From Squalus acanthias (Eukaryota), in assembly GCA_030390025.1 (NCBI GenBank), contig CM059428.1, positions 146,258,001-146,322,000 of the forward strand: a stretch of 64,000 nt of DNA. Direction: 5' to 3'. Numbering within the stretch: the stretch's first letter is position 1; the number at the start of each line of letters is the position of its first letter. The notes beneath the pieces were generated by a model. It was given only the letters and a program-made list of their open reading frames with translations, did no database searches and was not told the DNA's origin. Made by a program: the position numbers and the translations under genes. This document shows, one piece after another, positions 35,892 to 47,799 of this stretch.

Positions 35892-38611
35892 ACTCCAGAA
35901 GTTAAATCTCATTGTACTTCTGTTCTGGCTACTTCATTGAATCAGTATGTAGAGATGATTCTCGACTCCATAGGGAAAACGTAGAGTAGCATACATAGAG
36001 TAGCATAAGTGCTTTTCTGAGCATTAGCCTCTTGATCTAACAATTTGAGCACTTTGAGATGGATGTGTCCCAAACCTCTTTTAATATTTAAGAGTTCTCT
36101 CATTCAAGTTCCTGGAATCCTTTGATATAATCTTTTATATTTTACTACCTCATTCAATCTTCATTCCTCCTATTGTAGGTTATGGTAACAGATGGCCAAA
36201 CAGCATTGACTCTCCTGACTTGCCACATTACACAACTTGCAATGTGTGACCTGTTCAAAGCATTTGAAGCTGTTTCATGAAGATTTGAAATGCTATGAAA
36301 GCTATCCTGGAAAAAATTATTGTGCTGCTCAGTATTCACACACTACAATTTGAGGTCTTAGATTGCAGGTCACAGTCCAAGTATAGTCAGTTCAGCTCTG
36401 AGAATGGTATGTGGGAAATGGTCTTTAAACCGTGCCCCTTTAAAATCACTGAGTTATACTCTGTGACAGTCTGCCCCCACAAGTAATCTTCCATCTCAAG
36501 AAACTTTATGATCTCATATAGGGTTATTGAGAATTCAATCTTATGGCAATCCTCTGCCACAAATGTGGCTTGATTTTGCTACATGAGTAAAGGGAGACAG
36601 ACATGTGGCCTCTCACCACCGATGTCTATAGATTCCCTATTTCCCATATCCCACAGATTTTGAGACCACTCTTGAGAGAAATACCAATCTCTCCTCGACT
36701 CTTTGTTGGCTAGATTGAGGGAGAAAGTTGGTTTTCCATCCTGCTAGCCTGTCATTGTCTGCAAGTAGGACCTGGGCTAGATGAAGGACAAGATTCAACT
36801 GAGCCTCCAGTTGATGGCATGGCTCTTGAGATCGGCATCATTTTCTTTCTTTAGTGGGTACTCTTGTTAACACCTGCTCTCAGTATACAATTCTAAGTGG
36901 AGAAGGTTTACCTTCTGGTTCCAAGATATCCCTTTCAGCATCTTGAATTGTAATATCCTAATTGTTTTGCCATCCTTCCTCCTTCAGTTTATCACCCAAT
37001 TTATTAATATTACATGTAGCATTACAGCTTATTACAACATAAATGTTTTGCCTGAATTTAGGCGACTTTTGTCTGAAGAAATGACATGGCCCAAGTTTCC
37101 TCAACCACCAGATTCATCCTTTGGATAGGTTATATGACTTTGTAGAGTCTTCATTTTCTATGTACATGTAGCATTCTAGGTAATTTGTTAACGAAGTCTT
37201 AAGTGATCCCACTACGGAGTCACTTGTAGCAACTTGGGTTGTAGAATGTATTTGGGATTGTGAACCAAAGGCTGCTCATATTGTGACCACTCTTGAGCCA
37301 ACTTACGATGGATCGTTCTTAACTCCAATCTGCAGAACAAGATTCAACTGCTTGAAATTTTTAGGAGCTTCTGTGCTCCAAACTGACCTAAAGCATTTTC
37401 GTCTCATTTATATTTGGAGGATGAATGAGCAGCATTTGGTTGCTGACCAGGGAAGGAGTAAATTTTCCCTCATTCTTTTAGATTTATCGTTCCCTCTACT
37501 GCTCTGTTTTGAAGCTTAGAATGTTCTCATTTCCATATCAACTTGTCTCTTGTACCATCTCTGGTTAAGGGAACTGAAGAGAATGTCAAAAACAAAGCCT
37601 CAGTACAGAGTAGGGCTGGGTGAGGCCCTGTAGTTAAAAGGAAAAATCTTCAATTGGCAATATCCTGTAAATTCATAATTTGGTTGACTGCCTGTTTATG
37701 CAGCATGAACCGCATTCCAAAGAGTGAAGACTCTATTGACAGTAGGGAATCTAACTTCTCCTGTGTGGGGAAAGAAACAGCCAGAGGTTATGTTAATATA
37801 ACTGAAAAATGTAACACGCTAACTTTTTCATAATTATGTTAAATTCCTTAGTGTTATTACTTCTACTACTGATCGTGTTAAACGAACAAAAATATTTAAT
37901 GTGCAGAACCATAAATCAGGGTTATGTAAATGTTGCCTTTTTTTTTAAACTGTTTATTACAGGAAAATGGTATTTTGTAAATTTCCTGTGTAAATTCTAA
38001 TTGGAAATTATACTATTACAAGGAAAATTGCAGACATTAGCAAAGTAAATATTCAGAACAGTTATCTGTGACACTGCACTTCTCTCTTGATTTGCTTCAC
38101 AAAAATGGAAATAATAGAATACTTAAAGCAAATCATGGGTAAATGTTTTAAATACAAGTAGTGTGACAGCAATGTAGAAAATAATGGAGGTCAAAAACCA
38201 AGTCCACTTTGTGCCATTTGTGTAATCTGAATTAATTGCCTAACATAATGATCCATAATTATTTACAATGAAGATTTCAGCAGAAATTTGATTACACGCA
38301 AGAGGCCTGATTATCAGACACCACCCCTGGTGATAAACCTTTATACAGACCTAACCTCATGCCAAATTCAGAAAGAAATCTGCACTTTGAGATCAAGACT
38401 GTGCTGCCTGGCCTCATTCCACATTTTCTTTCTCTCTCTTTCTCCATTTGTAATATTCTGTGTACAGTACTCCCCAGCAAATTCTAAAATGTTTGAAATA
38501 GAAAAAAAGGGTTGCCCCTTTTTCGAGTAGCTGAATTAAAAAGTTTGTTTTGCCATTGGTACATCCAAATGCATCTCTGTGTACAATAGTATCTCCTTTG
38601 CAGCAATGTAC

Positions 38612-38905
38612 TTGCAGCACAGAAACAGACCATTCAGCCCAACAGCTCCATGCCAGTGTTTATGCTCCACACGAGCCTCCCACCCTTCTTTATCAAACCC
38701 CATCAACATATCCTTCTATTCCTTTCTCCCTCATGTACTTATCTACCTTTCCCTTAAATGCATCTATGGTGTTTGCCTCAATCACTCCATGTGACAGTGA
38801 GTTCCACATTCTAACCACTCTCTGGGTAAAGACATTTCTACTGAACTTCCTATTGGATTTATTAGTAACTATCTTATATTTATGGCTGCTAGTTCTGGTC
38901 TCGCC
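38612..38905 (-). mobile_element. CR1 3' fragment
   Basis: Minus-strand peptide RNVFTQRVVRMWNSL...AFKGKVDKYM; cagcacagaaacag tail. Confidence 0.88.
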
Positions 38906-41900
38906 AATGTATATTTCATGGGACATGTTTCTCAGTACAGTGAATTCAGTATATTTTTGGATCTTTCCGGCCTCCTTTTTGTTACAGTATAAACACAATG
39001 ATCATCTACCCATTTCTGAACAGGGATTCCAAGAGTTAAGAAGATCTAAATTGAAGTTCTCTTTCCAAACAAATCTTTCCTCTGTTAGGTTGCAATGGGG
39101 TTTTTTGGCTGCATTTCTATATGTTTTTAATGCACTTGTCATCACCACTTGATCTCTATTACCTTGCTTGCAATTTCCTTGTGTTTTGGATTCCAAAAGT
39201 TTTCCTTTTTTTCCATGCCGTCTCTTTTTTTGTCAGTTAAATTTAAAGTTCAATGTGAATTTATTTTTTTCAGTCCCTGTTTTTCTGTTTCTGCTAAAGG
39301 TTATTTTTTCCACAGCTTTGCCATGTTTTATTGAAGTTTCTGTAAAAACTAACACATGATGTGAGATTTTGGTTTCAGACATTCACCATCAGACTTTGTT
39401 TTGTTTTTGTCTCGGTCTCTTTTTTATATATCTTACAGCGCCATGCGATGCACTGTTCTGTCCTCCTCACACCTGCCAAATCCACCACAAACTTCACTGC
39501 TCATCAGACAAAACTTTCAAAAACCTGGCAGAATCCTCAATATACATCCCAAAGATGATAGAAACTTTTTTTTTATTAGGCCTGAGAGGTACATTCAGTA
39601 ATTTAGTAATTATAATGAGATCCTGCCCTGAAATTGAATAATTTAGTTCCATTCTTGCCCACTATTTAAACTCCTGTATAAACTTATCCTAATATATCCC
39701 TTGTTATATTGAGAACTGATATTAAAGATTCCTTTTTCTATTGAAGATGTCCACTGCCTGAGCTTTGCGTTCATAACTCTGACTCACCTGGCCTCTGAAT
39801 GAGAAAGGGCACCATTGCCTAATTTAACAGCCTGGTGCTGTTGCTATTGAGATGTACAATAGAGATAGAAAGAGAACAGAGTGCTGGAATCTAAAATAAA
39901 AACAGGAAAAAGCCAGAAATGCATAGGAGGTGAACCAGCCATCCAAGATACAAAGCCTTCAAAGGAGGGAAAGTACAGAGCATTTCCCTTGCTTGAACAA
40001 ATTGCTGCTAATGGGCAATGCTTTTAAACAATATATTGAGATTTAATATTGTGCTAGTATCTTTTGAATATAATTAATGTGCCCGTATTATGAAAGATAA
40101 ACAACCTTCAGCTATTGAAATATGGGTATTTTACATAAATTTGGGTGACACTGAGTGTACCACGGAAGGTTGAAGGCAGAGCGTTTGTTAGTGGATGCAA
40201 TACATTTACTGCTCAGAGTCCTCTTTACACATTGCAGCTCCCTGATTTCTTTGCTCTAAATAATTGAAAACTGTATATTGCAGAACTTTGTTGATAAACT
40301 GAATCTTGACACTGGATGCTTTTTAGCCTCCACATAGAACATCGGTTTCTTTAAGAACTAAAATTTGTTCAAATAACATGATGATTGGACAGCCTGACCT
40401 CTTATTGGAGAGCTGGCTCTCTCAGATTCCCCTGTGTGTTTACAGTGGCTGTTTTTGAAGGACAGAGACAGGGTGATCACTTTTTAACCACTAATCCTAA
40501 ACATTATTAAAAAATTATTTGAACTGCTCATGTGAAGAATTAGGCCTTCCTATATTTAACTTGCGTAACTGGGAATAGTAATTCCAACAATCAGGTAGGT
40601 GGATTTGGAAAATACTTTAGGAGGGCAGTGAAGCAGCCTGCCTACTTTTAAAACCCAGGGATGGATTGACCGTATTTCCCAAATGCCCCCGTGAATAGTT
40701 TCCTAGTGCTGTATTATCAGCACCCCCTCCCTTTTTCAATGAGAATCTCGAAGAATCGCGCGCCCTTCCAAGAGAGTAAGTCCTCCCCTGTTAAAACCGC
40801 CTGTCATTTTTAGAACAGTATAGTGTACATATTGTGCATCTTCTGGGCTACGGTTAGTTTGGTATAATATGCAGGTGTTTTGCCATGGGATATGGACTTG
40901 TAGCTCCACCCACAATCCTCCAAAAATGGATCGCCTGACTTGTGTGCAAAACCATTGAGTGAATGCCTTGCCACAGTTGAAGCTAAATTGCTCTTGTGCT
41001 AATGGCATTGATGATGTCCAGGAAGCAGGTGGGGAATATGTGATATAAAGAAAGGAGAAAAGGGAATGAAATTTAAACTGAAGTAATTTTTGGTCCCCTG
41101 TACAGTGGAAGCTGCCCAACTCGATTCTAAAATGTTTTGAAGTTGATCAAAGCTGGGAAATGCTACACAGGATAATATCTGTGCCAGGGAAGCGGCATCA
41201 AAGTCATTTAGAATGATGTTTAAAAGGGTTGCTTTCTAGTGTTAATTTGAAGTGATTATGCCAATGGTTTGAGATATAAATTAAGATGTTTTAAATGGTC
41301 TAACTTCTCATGAATAACATTAAACATCTTTGCAAAAATATATTTAGTTACTGAAAGCTTATCCCTAATGGCTGTATGTTCGTGATATTTATCATGTCTT
41401 CAGTAAAGTGGATGTGAAAGGGATAGGTTTGTGTTCCATGTGGCGACACATGCTTTAACAGATTGGTAGTTCCGGTTCCTTGATCAAAACCTGTGGGGTA
41501 CACCAACATTAATAACAAGTAACTGTATCTCGCCTCTAGAAATGTGGCTGGCCCACTGCTTCTGTACATTACTGTTCCTTTAGAATGATGGGACGTAGGA
41601 TGAATTACATATCTTGGGCCTTCTGAGGAGCACAAGGGAGGTATTTCTTCAGAGGAAAGGAAAGGCAGGAGATTCAAAGTCAGGTGGTTGGAGCAGCAAA
41701 AGACTGGGGATAGATCACTCGTACCTTTATACAGGTAGTGGTAGATAGGATATCGGGGTCAAGCGGTAGAAGTGTGTGGAGCAGTTATAAATGGTTAATT
41801 ATGGAATGGGAGTCAAAGTCTTGTGAACCTAATGCTTGAAAGAACTTTTGTATGAGCAATATGTAAAATGTGAATGTTACGTGAGAGAATATGTTTCAAT

Positions 41901-43216
41901 TGTTAGGACAGAAGAATTGCATGTCAATCTTGTACATTCTGATTCTATTTTTTTTTAAACTATTGCTTTCTGTCAACTGTCATTTTTGGAATCTAGATAC
42001 AATTATGTCTCCCAATCCCCCCCCCCCCCCCCCCCCCCGCCAAAAAAATAGTTCATCCTTTAAAACTTGTTCAAAAATGTATAGAATTTTGTAGCTATAG
42101 TAGTAGATGTGTGTGCATATTATTGAAGACCTTGAAGAATGTTCAGCACTTGACAGGCATCTAAAGATGTGTGCTGTGCAACATGACATACTATAAGTGC
42201 AAAGTAGTGCAGTAAACTGTAGCTGGCTTCCCAGTTTCTGGGTTAAATAGATATCACCCATTTCCTCTCCCCCATTCACCTCCCCCCCCCCCCCAAAAAA
42301 TGGATTCAGTGTTAATGCTGAAAAAAACACTTCTTTATGTTTAATATTCATAATTGGTATGATTTTGCTTTTAATAATGCTGAATTGTTTGAGCTTGAAA
42401 GAGAAAGTTCCTGCAAAGAATCTTTATACCCCAATGAATGGTAATCCATGCAGGTTGGATACAACACAGCTGATCCAGTAAAGGCTGTGGGAGTAAAAGT
42501 AAAATATTTTCTCTGATACTTAATTTTTCTTGTGTTGAAAGCACCAATAAAACACACAGTAGCACTGCTGGAAAAAATCAGCACCGAAGATAGATAGGCA
42601 AAATAAAGGCTGAAAACCAGAAAGCCTAAACAAAGCACATCTTTTTTCATTGAATGCTCGAGGTTATAATTATTTCTTTTGAAATATTTGGCTGATCTGG
42701 TCCAAGTGCAGTTTGGAAGAATACAGAAAGCCCATATGTTTAGAGCTGAAAAAGTTTGATGCCTTTTAGCTAATCCAGCTGCTTGCAGTAAAGGTGTTTT
42801 TTTCCCCCCCCAACAAATAGAATTTTGACTGAACAGTGAGGAGAATTTTGTAATTTACAAAGCATCCCCTTTTTCTGAAGGTTGTTGAAAGTACCCTGTC
42901 TACAAACATTTCTATGTAAAGTTGGCCATCACCTGTTCAGTGAGTGAGTGGAATATACACAGGGTTATGGAGAATCTGCGACTTGGATAATATCTTTGTT
43001 ACAGTTGTCTCCTGCGCCTCCCTGTTACATCAACTAATGTATAAAAGAAAATAGACTTTCTCCCTTTTGTCGCCTAAAAGAAACTGCTCAGTTTGTCCTG
43101 TTGTGTTAAGGTGTGCTGGAGCCCCTCTGTTATTTGGGGGTGAGATGAGACATAAATAAAAAGTGACTGTTCTTTTTTTTTATTATAAATGAGTGGTTTC
43201 CTCCTTTTCTCTCAAG

Positions 43217-44128
43217 AGTAAAAGTTAGAGAAAGAATGTTGAAAGAGGAAGGGATTCGGAGCAGCCCTGAAATAGTCAAAGACATCACTCATAGAAGACC
43301 GCAACAAATGCCAGTTCATTATATCTCCCTCCTGTCGGAATCTCCAACTGTTAATACAGTTAGTAAGCCCAGTGCAGTCCACCAGCCAGTCTTTGTTCAG
43401 CCAACTGATCCTGTAGACAGTGCCAACGTAATGACAAAAGAGTACAAAAGCAGCGTAGTTGGTAATCGTGTACCAGGCAGCACCAACCTTTCAACAAGAG
43501 CTGAAGAAACATATGACACAGAGTTTGGAAGAAGATCTGTTTACAGTCCTGAATCAAAACTAGACGAGCGTGGCAGCACTAGGAACTTGTTGAAAAGCCG
43601 TAAAGCAGTTTTACCTTCTCAAGTTCGCAAGCAAGAGAAGGGTCTTGAAGAAACTGTCTGTGACATGAGAGTCGTACATTCACACATGTACATGGCAGGG
43701 GAAGATGAAAAGCCAGGTTTTCAAAAGCTTCCTTTTCACAAACCTAGCAGTACTGTGCCAGAGCACTCTGAAGAACTAGAATCTTGTTTTCTGGCACCAT
43801 CTGTAATTGACTGGTATAAACCTAAGGATACTAATCAGAGGAGTGAGAGAGCCTTGTATATTCAGAAAGAAGCTGGGGTGCATTCTCATGCAGATGCTGG
43901 AAGAGGAAAAGCCCAAACCAGAAAAACATCCCTTGAAAAACATAAACTAAAATGTTCTACACTAGATAATTTGGAGCCATCGAAAGTAGAAGTCCCAGAC
44001 AGTGAAGAACTTCAGGGCACCTGTGGCGTACTTAGTGGCGATACTGGTACAGTGGACACGAGGGTGTCTGTTGCCAAACTTCGAAGCGCCTACCTGGAGA
44101 CAGCCAATGCCAGCAGAAACCAGGACCT
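43217..44128 (+). CDS. SVIL: SVIL coding exon (912 nt, symmetric phase 2-2)
   Basis: ttctctcaAG|A GTA AAA GTT AGA GAA (RVKVRE) ... DTRVSVAKLRSAYLETANASRNQD CT|GTAGGT. Confidence 0.95.
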
Positions 44129-44445
44129 GTAGGTGGTACTTTGAATGCTGACTTTTTTTGCTCAACTATTGTGCATTTGCACCGATCTCAGTTTAGAAAT
44201 TAAATTTGCAAGACACACTTAAGCTTTAGCTTGCAGCCTTTTTTGTGAAAAGTAGTCATCTGAAATCTTAATATTGCAATTTGCTTGTTGCTGGCCTGTG
44301 CAAGCTGTGATGCTGTGTAGTTGCTAAGTTTGCTAACTACCATGCATGGTATAAGCATGCGGTGTGATGTAATCTATTGAGGGAATATTTCTCTGGGGTT
44401 CTTTTTTATAATTTTCCTTTTTTTCTCTTTTTCTTCTCCCTCGCT

Positions 44446-44449
<4 letters not shown>

Positions 44450-44501
<52 letters not shown>
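44450..44501 (+). repeat. (TC)n microsatellite
   Basis: About 22 uninterrupted TC units, within the polypyrimidine region upstream of the 44531 exon. Confidence 0.95.
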
Positions 44502-44502
<1 letters not shown>

Positions 44503-44530
44503 CCGTGCATTTTCTTTCCTATGCTTAAAG

Positions 44531-44701
44531 TGAAGATAATGTTGACTTAATGACGTCGGGCCTTGATTTGGCCGCCCCTGCTGAAATGGAGAAGGCCCAT
44601 CGTAGGCCAAGACGTTACATTTCCTTTGGTGAGAATAGGAAGACCTCTGAGAGGTTTAGAACGCAGCCTATAACTACAGCAGAGCGACAAGAGACAGCTA
44701 G
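44531..44701 (+). CDS. SVIL: SVIL coding exon (171 nt, symmetric phase 2-2)
   Basis: cttaaAG|T...GCTAG|GTAGGC; RRPRRYISFGENRKTSERFRTQPITTAERQETAR. Not shown in the ORF track. Confidence 0.94.
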
Positions 44702-45520
44702 GTAGGCCGGTGTGTGCGTATAAATTATAATGAATGTTTTTGCAGTTACAGCTGCAGTGCCCAATAAAACTGTGTAGTTTTAAAGAGACCAGTCAATCTT
44801 CCAGTGGAATCCCATGAGGCTATTTTTGTTTGTGCAGATAATGACAAGGAAGCGTGCAGTTTGTGACCTTGGCACTGACCTCTACTCTCTGCCTCCCAAT
44901 TCTGAGATTGACGAGAAATATAAGGATGAAGAGTATTGGTCAGAACTGTTAAGCGTACAAACTGCATGCTACTTGATCTCTGTCCCTTCAAAGAAAATTT
45001 TCACTTTTGTTTTTCCTTTTACTTTTCTGTTAAGTTTCAGAATGTGGAAAGAATGCAGAACTCAAGATAGTGTAGTATTCAGCCAATGGTTAAATGTCTA
45101 TTTACTTTACTAGAATGCAAAATACTGAACCTTTTTACTTGGTCAGTAGTGTGTAGATATTGTAGCAATCAAATAACACTGCTGAAATTACATTTGCACC
45201 AAACGTCATAAGAGATTCAGTAACAGCAATAAACTTAAATTATTGGAGATGCCAACATTATGAACTTATCAAGTGGACCTTTAATTAACTCTCCACACCA
45301 TATCAGAACAGTAACTTCTAACTACCTAAAATATCAAATTGAGTAGCAGAAATCAATCCTAACTTTCATTCAGTGTTGTAAAGCAATTCAAACATAAATT
45401 GCAGGCTTGTATTTTGGTATTTTCTGGCATGCCGTTCAGCATTGGTGTATTTATGGGTATTGAATCAGAATTTAGACCCACAGTTTTCATCAAAGTAATT
45501 TGTTAATCTTTGTTTTGTAG

Positions 45521-45555
45521 GCCAGGGCTGATTGCACAAATGGTCGCTACTGAAG
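45521..45555 (+). CDS. SVIL: SVIL small coding exon (35 nt) with GC donor
   Basis: ttttgtAG|G CCA GGG CTG ATT GCA CAA ATG GTC GCT ACT GAA G|GCAAGT; supplies the phase 2-to-1 bridge needed between the flanking exons. Confidence 0.78.
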
Positions 45556-46714
45556 GCAAGTATTGGCTCTTGTTCTTACCTGTACTATGTACCTGTACTT
45601 GCATTACAAACGAATGTGAGATTAGCAAGACTAGAAGCATTTATTTTATACACTGGCATTGAAGGATGTGAATTCTTAATTGTATACGTAAATATTACTT
45701 AAATTGGAATGTGTGGGGGGGGGGGGAAATAGACGTGCATGTTGTACACTGCATTTATACTATGCATTGTATATCTCCAATTGCCAGTTTAGAAAATAAT
45801 TGTGTCAGGATATTTATCTATTGTTTAGTACACTTGAGCCTGGATTTTCCAATTGCCATAATTTTAGTGATGATGGTAACTCATTTATTTTAAAAGGTTT
45901 ATCGATGGCATCAAAATACTGCTTAATCGGAAAATCCAGACTTGAGTCTCACTGTGGCTGTTTTGCTTTTGAGCATTTAAAACACTTAGTTGCCAAATTC
46001 CTCAGACCAGTTGCTGTTGAAGAGTAATTTCACTACAATCACTAGAATTTTGTTTTCTTGGTTTATAGTAACGCAAGAAAAATGATCATTACGCTAATTA
46101 AGGAATAGATATGACAGGACTCAGTTAGAAATTGTTTCTAACCATTGCTATGTAATTCAACAAAGAAAATCTGAGCTGAGGCTTGTCGAACCAAAGTTTT
46201 TCACCATGACTGTTTATTTTGATAAGCAACAAAGATTTTGTTTCATTGTTATGACTTTAATATTAAAAAAACATAAGGCTGAATCTTAACTCCTTAAAAA
46301 CAAAACGGGTGGGTTGGGATCGGGTCAGAGGTTAAAATGCAAAAAATCTGAAACAGGAACCCAACCCGCCCACTGCTGGTTTTAACGGAGGCGGAACGAG
46401 GATGGGTGACCAATTCGCTCGCGGGAGCAGGTTGGTCATTTTAAATATTATAATGAGACTGCCTACCTTTATTTTAACAGTCATTCTATTTTGAACTAAT
46501 TTCATCCGGGTTTCCCAGGTTTCGGGAAACCCGGCAGGTGCAAGGAGGCAGGGATCTGTCTGCTGCCCCCCACACACGATCTCCCTCACTCCGCCACTAC
46601 ACCTACGTGCTCTCATAGGCTGCAGCCTTGTGAAGCAGGCTTCCCGCCCAAAAGGCCTCTAGCCTATCAATCAGGCTGCCTGTGGGAAGGAACCCAACAG
46701 AATTTTTTTTTAAA

Positions 46715-47025
46715 AATAAAATCAGAATGCTGGAAATACTCAGCAGGTCAGGCAGCATCTGTGGAGAGAGAAACAGAGTTAACGTTTCAGTTCGATGACC
46801 TTTCGTCAGAACTGGAAAAAGTTAGAGACATAGCAGGTTTTAAGCATGTGCAGAGGCAGGGAAAAGAGGGAGGGGAGGAGAGGAAAGAACTAAAGGGAAG
46901 GTCTGTGATAGGATGGAAGGCAGGAGTGATTAAATGACAAAAGGAATGATTGTACAAAGCAAAAGGAGATGGAAATGGGACAGGTAAAGAAACAAAAAAT
47001 GGGTCTAGAAGAGGTGTAAATGGGT
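46715..47025 (-). mobile_element. Penelope-like element 3' fragment
   Basis: aatgctggaaatactcagcaggtcaggcagcatctgtgg terminal sequence (as at 24543), followed by a hammerhead and a purine-rich tract. Confidence 0.7.
46777..46813 (-). ncRNA. minimal hammerhead ribozyme motif
   Basis: Minus strand AGTT-CTGACGA-AAGGT-CATCG-AACT-GAAA-CGTT-AACT: core, stem II with one mismatch, palindromic AACGTT, and stem I AGTT/AACT. Confidence 0.65.
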
Positions 47026-47300
47026 GTAAAGAGGTACAAAAATTTAAGGAGCCCTGCGTTTTAAAAACTGCAGGAAATTCGGGGAAACCCGTTCTTCACA
47101 TGGAACTTGCCTCCGGGCTAAAATCCAGACCATAATTTCCATTTTGCTGCATGCATTTGGTGGTGGTTTTAATTGCATGTCTGTAGAAATGGACTGGGGT
47201 TATTCCCTCTCCCCTTCCTCCTCTACACCGGGCAATTTTAAGATTTATATTTCTTACTCTGATACCAACCAAAACTAACTGCACTTTTCTTTTGCAGTAG

Positions 47301-47362
47301 ATGAAGAGAAGTTGGATGAACGAGCAAAAATGAGTGTGTCTGCAAAGAGGTCACTTTTCCGT
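47301..47362 (+). CDS. SVIL: SVIL coding exon (62 nt; 65 nt if the upstream CAG is used)
   Basis: ttttgCAGTAG|AT GAA...TTC CGT|GTATGT; DEEKLDERAKMSVSAKRSLFR. Confidence 0.95.
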
Positions 47363-47650
47363 GTATGTAATTTGTTTTTATTGGTAATATATAGTACCGT
47401 GAAGAAACGCCTCTGATCTCATCTGAGACTCCAGCAACATCTGGTTTTCTGTCTGATTTGTGATGTAATGCAAAGATTTTTTTTGTATTTCTTAACTCCC
47501 TTTAAAGTTCCAACAGCCTTACTCACTTGTTTTAAACTAAGTTTTAGCATGGCCTCTTGGCTTTCTCCCTGAATATTTAGATAGATTTACTACCCCTTTG
47601 GTAAATTTTAAAATCTGTCACTATATGATTTCAATAACTTTTGGTGTTAG

Positions 47651-47799
47651 GAGATGGAAAAAGCAACAAAGACAACGGATGCATCTCTGGCTGCCAAACC
47701 TCGGTCAAGAAATTCAGCGGTGGAACGAAGATTACGTCGTATGCAAGATCGTTCCCGTACACAACCTATCACAACTGAAGAAGTAGTTATTGCATCCAG
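47651..47799 (+). CDS. SVIL: SVIL coding exon (149 nt)
   Basis: gtgttAG|GAG ATG GAA AAA...TCCAG|GTACAT; EMEK...[34 protein letters not shown]. Confidence 0.95.

Larger units (their letters stand above)
46277..47132. mobile_element. GC-rich non-autonomous DNA-transposon-like element with nested Penelope fragment
   Basis: Ends ggctgaatcttaac and gctaaaatccagacc, flanked by ataa on both sides; homologous to 29779-30458. Confidence 0.55.

Noticed and set aside
37704-37786. Exon-like segment ttatgcAG|C ATG AAC CGC...AGAG|GTTATG, open as MNRIPKSEDS...
   Set aside because: It is 83 nt and ends in phase 1, which is incompatible with the phase-2 flanking SVIL exons; no recognisable homology.
41348-41677. 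Possible Penelope GIY-YIG relic on the minus strand
   Set aside because: Too degenerate to support by eye.
44129-44132. Stop codons immediately after the large SVIL ORFs (also 20524 and 60627) as true protein ends
   Set aside because: They lie just inside introns after good donors; the frames continue in the next exons.
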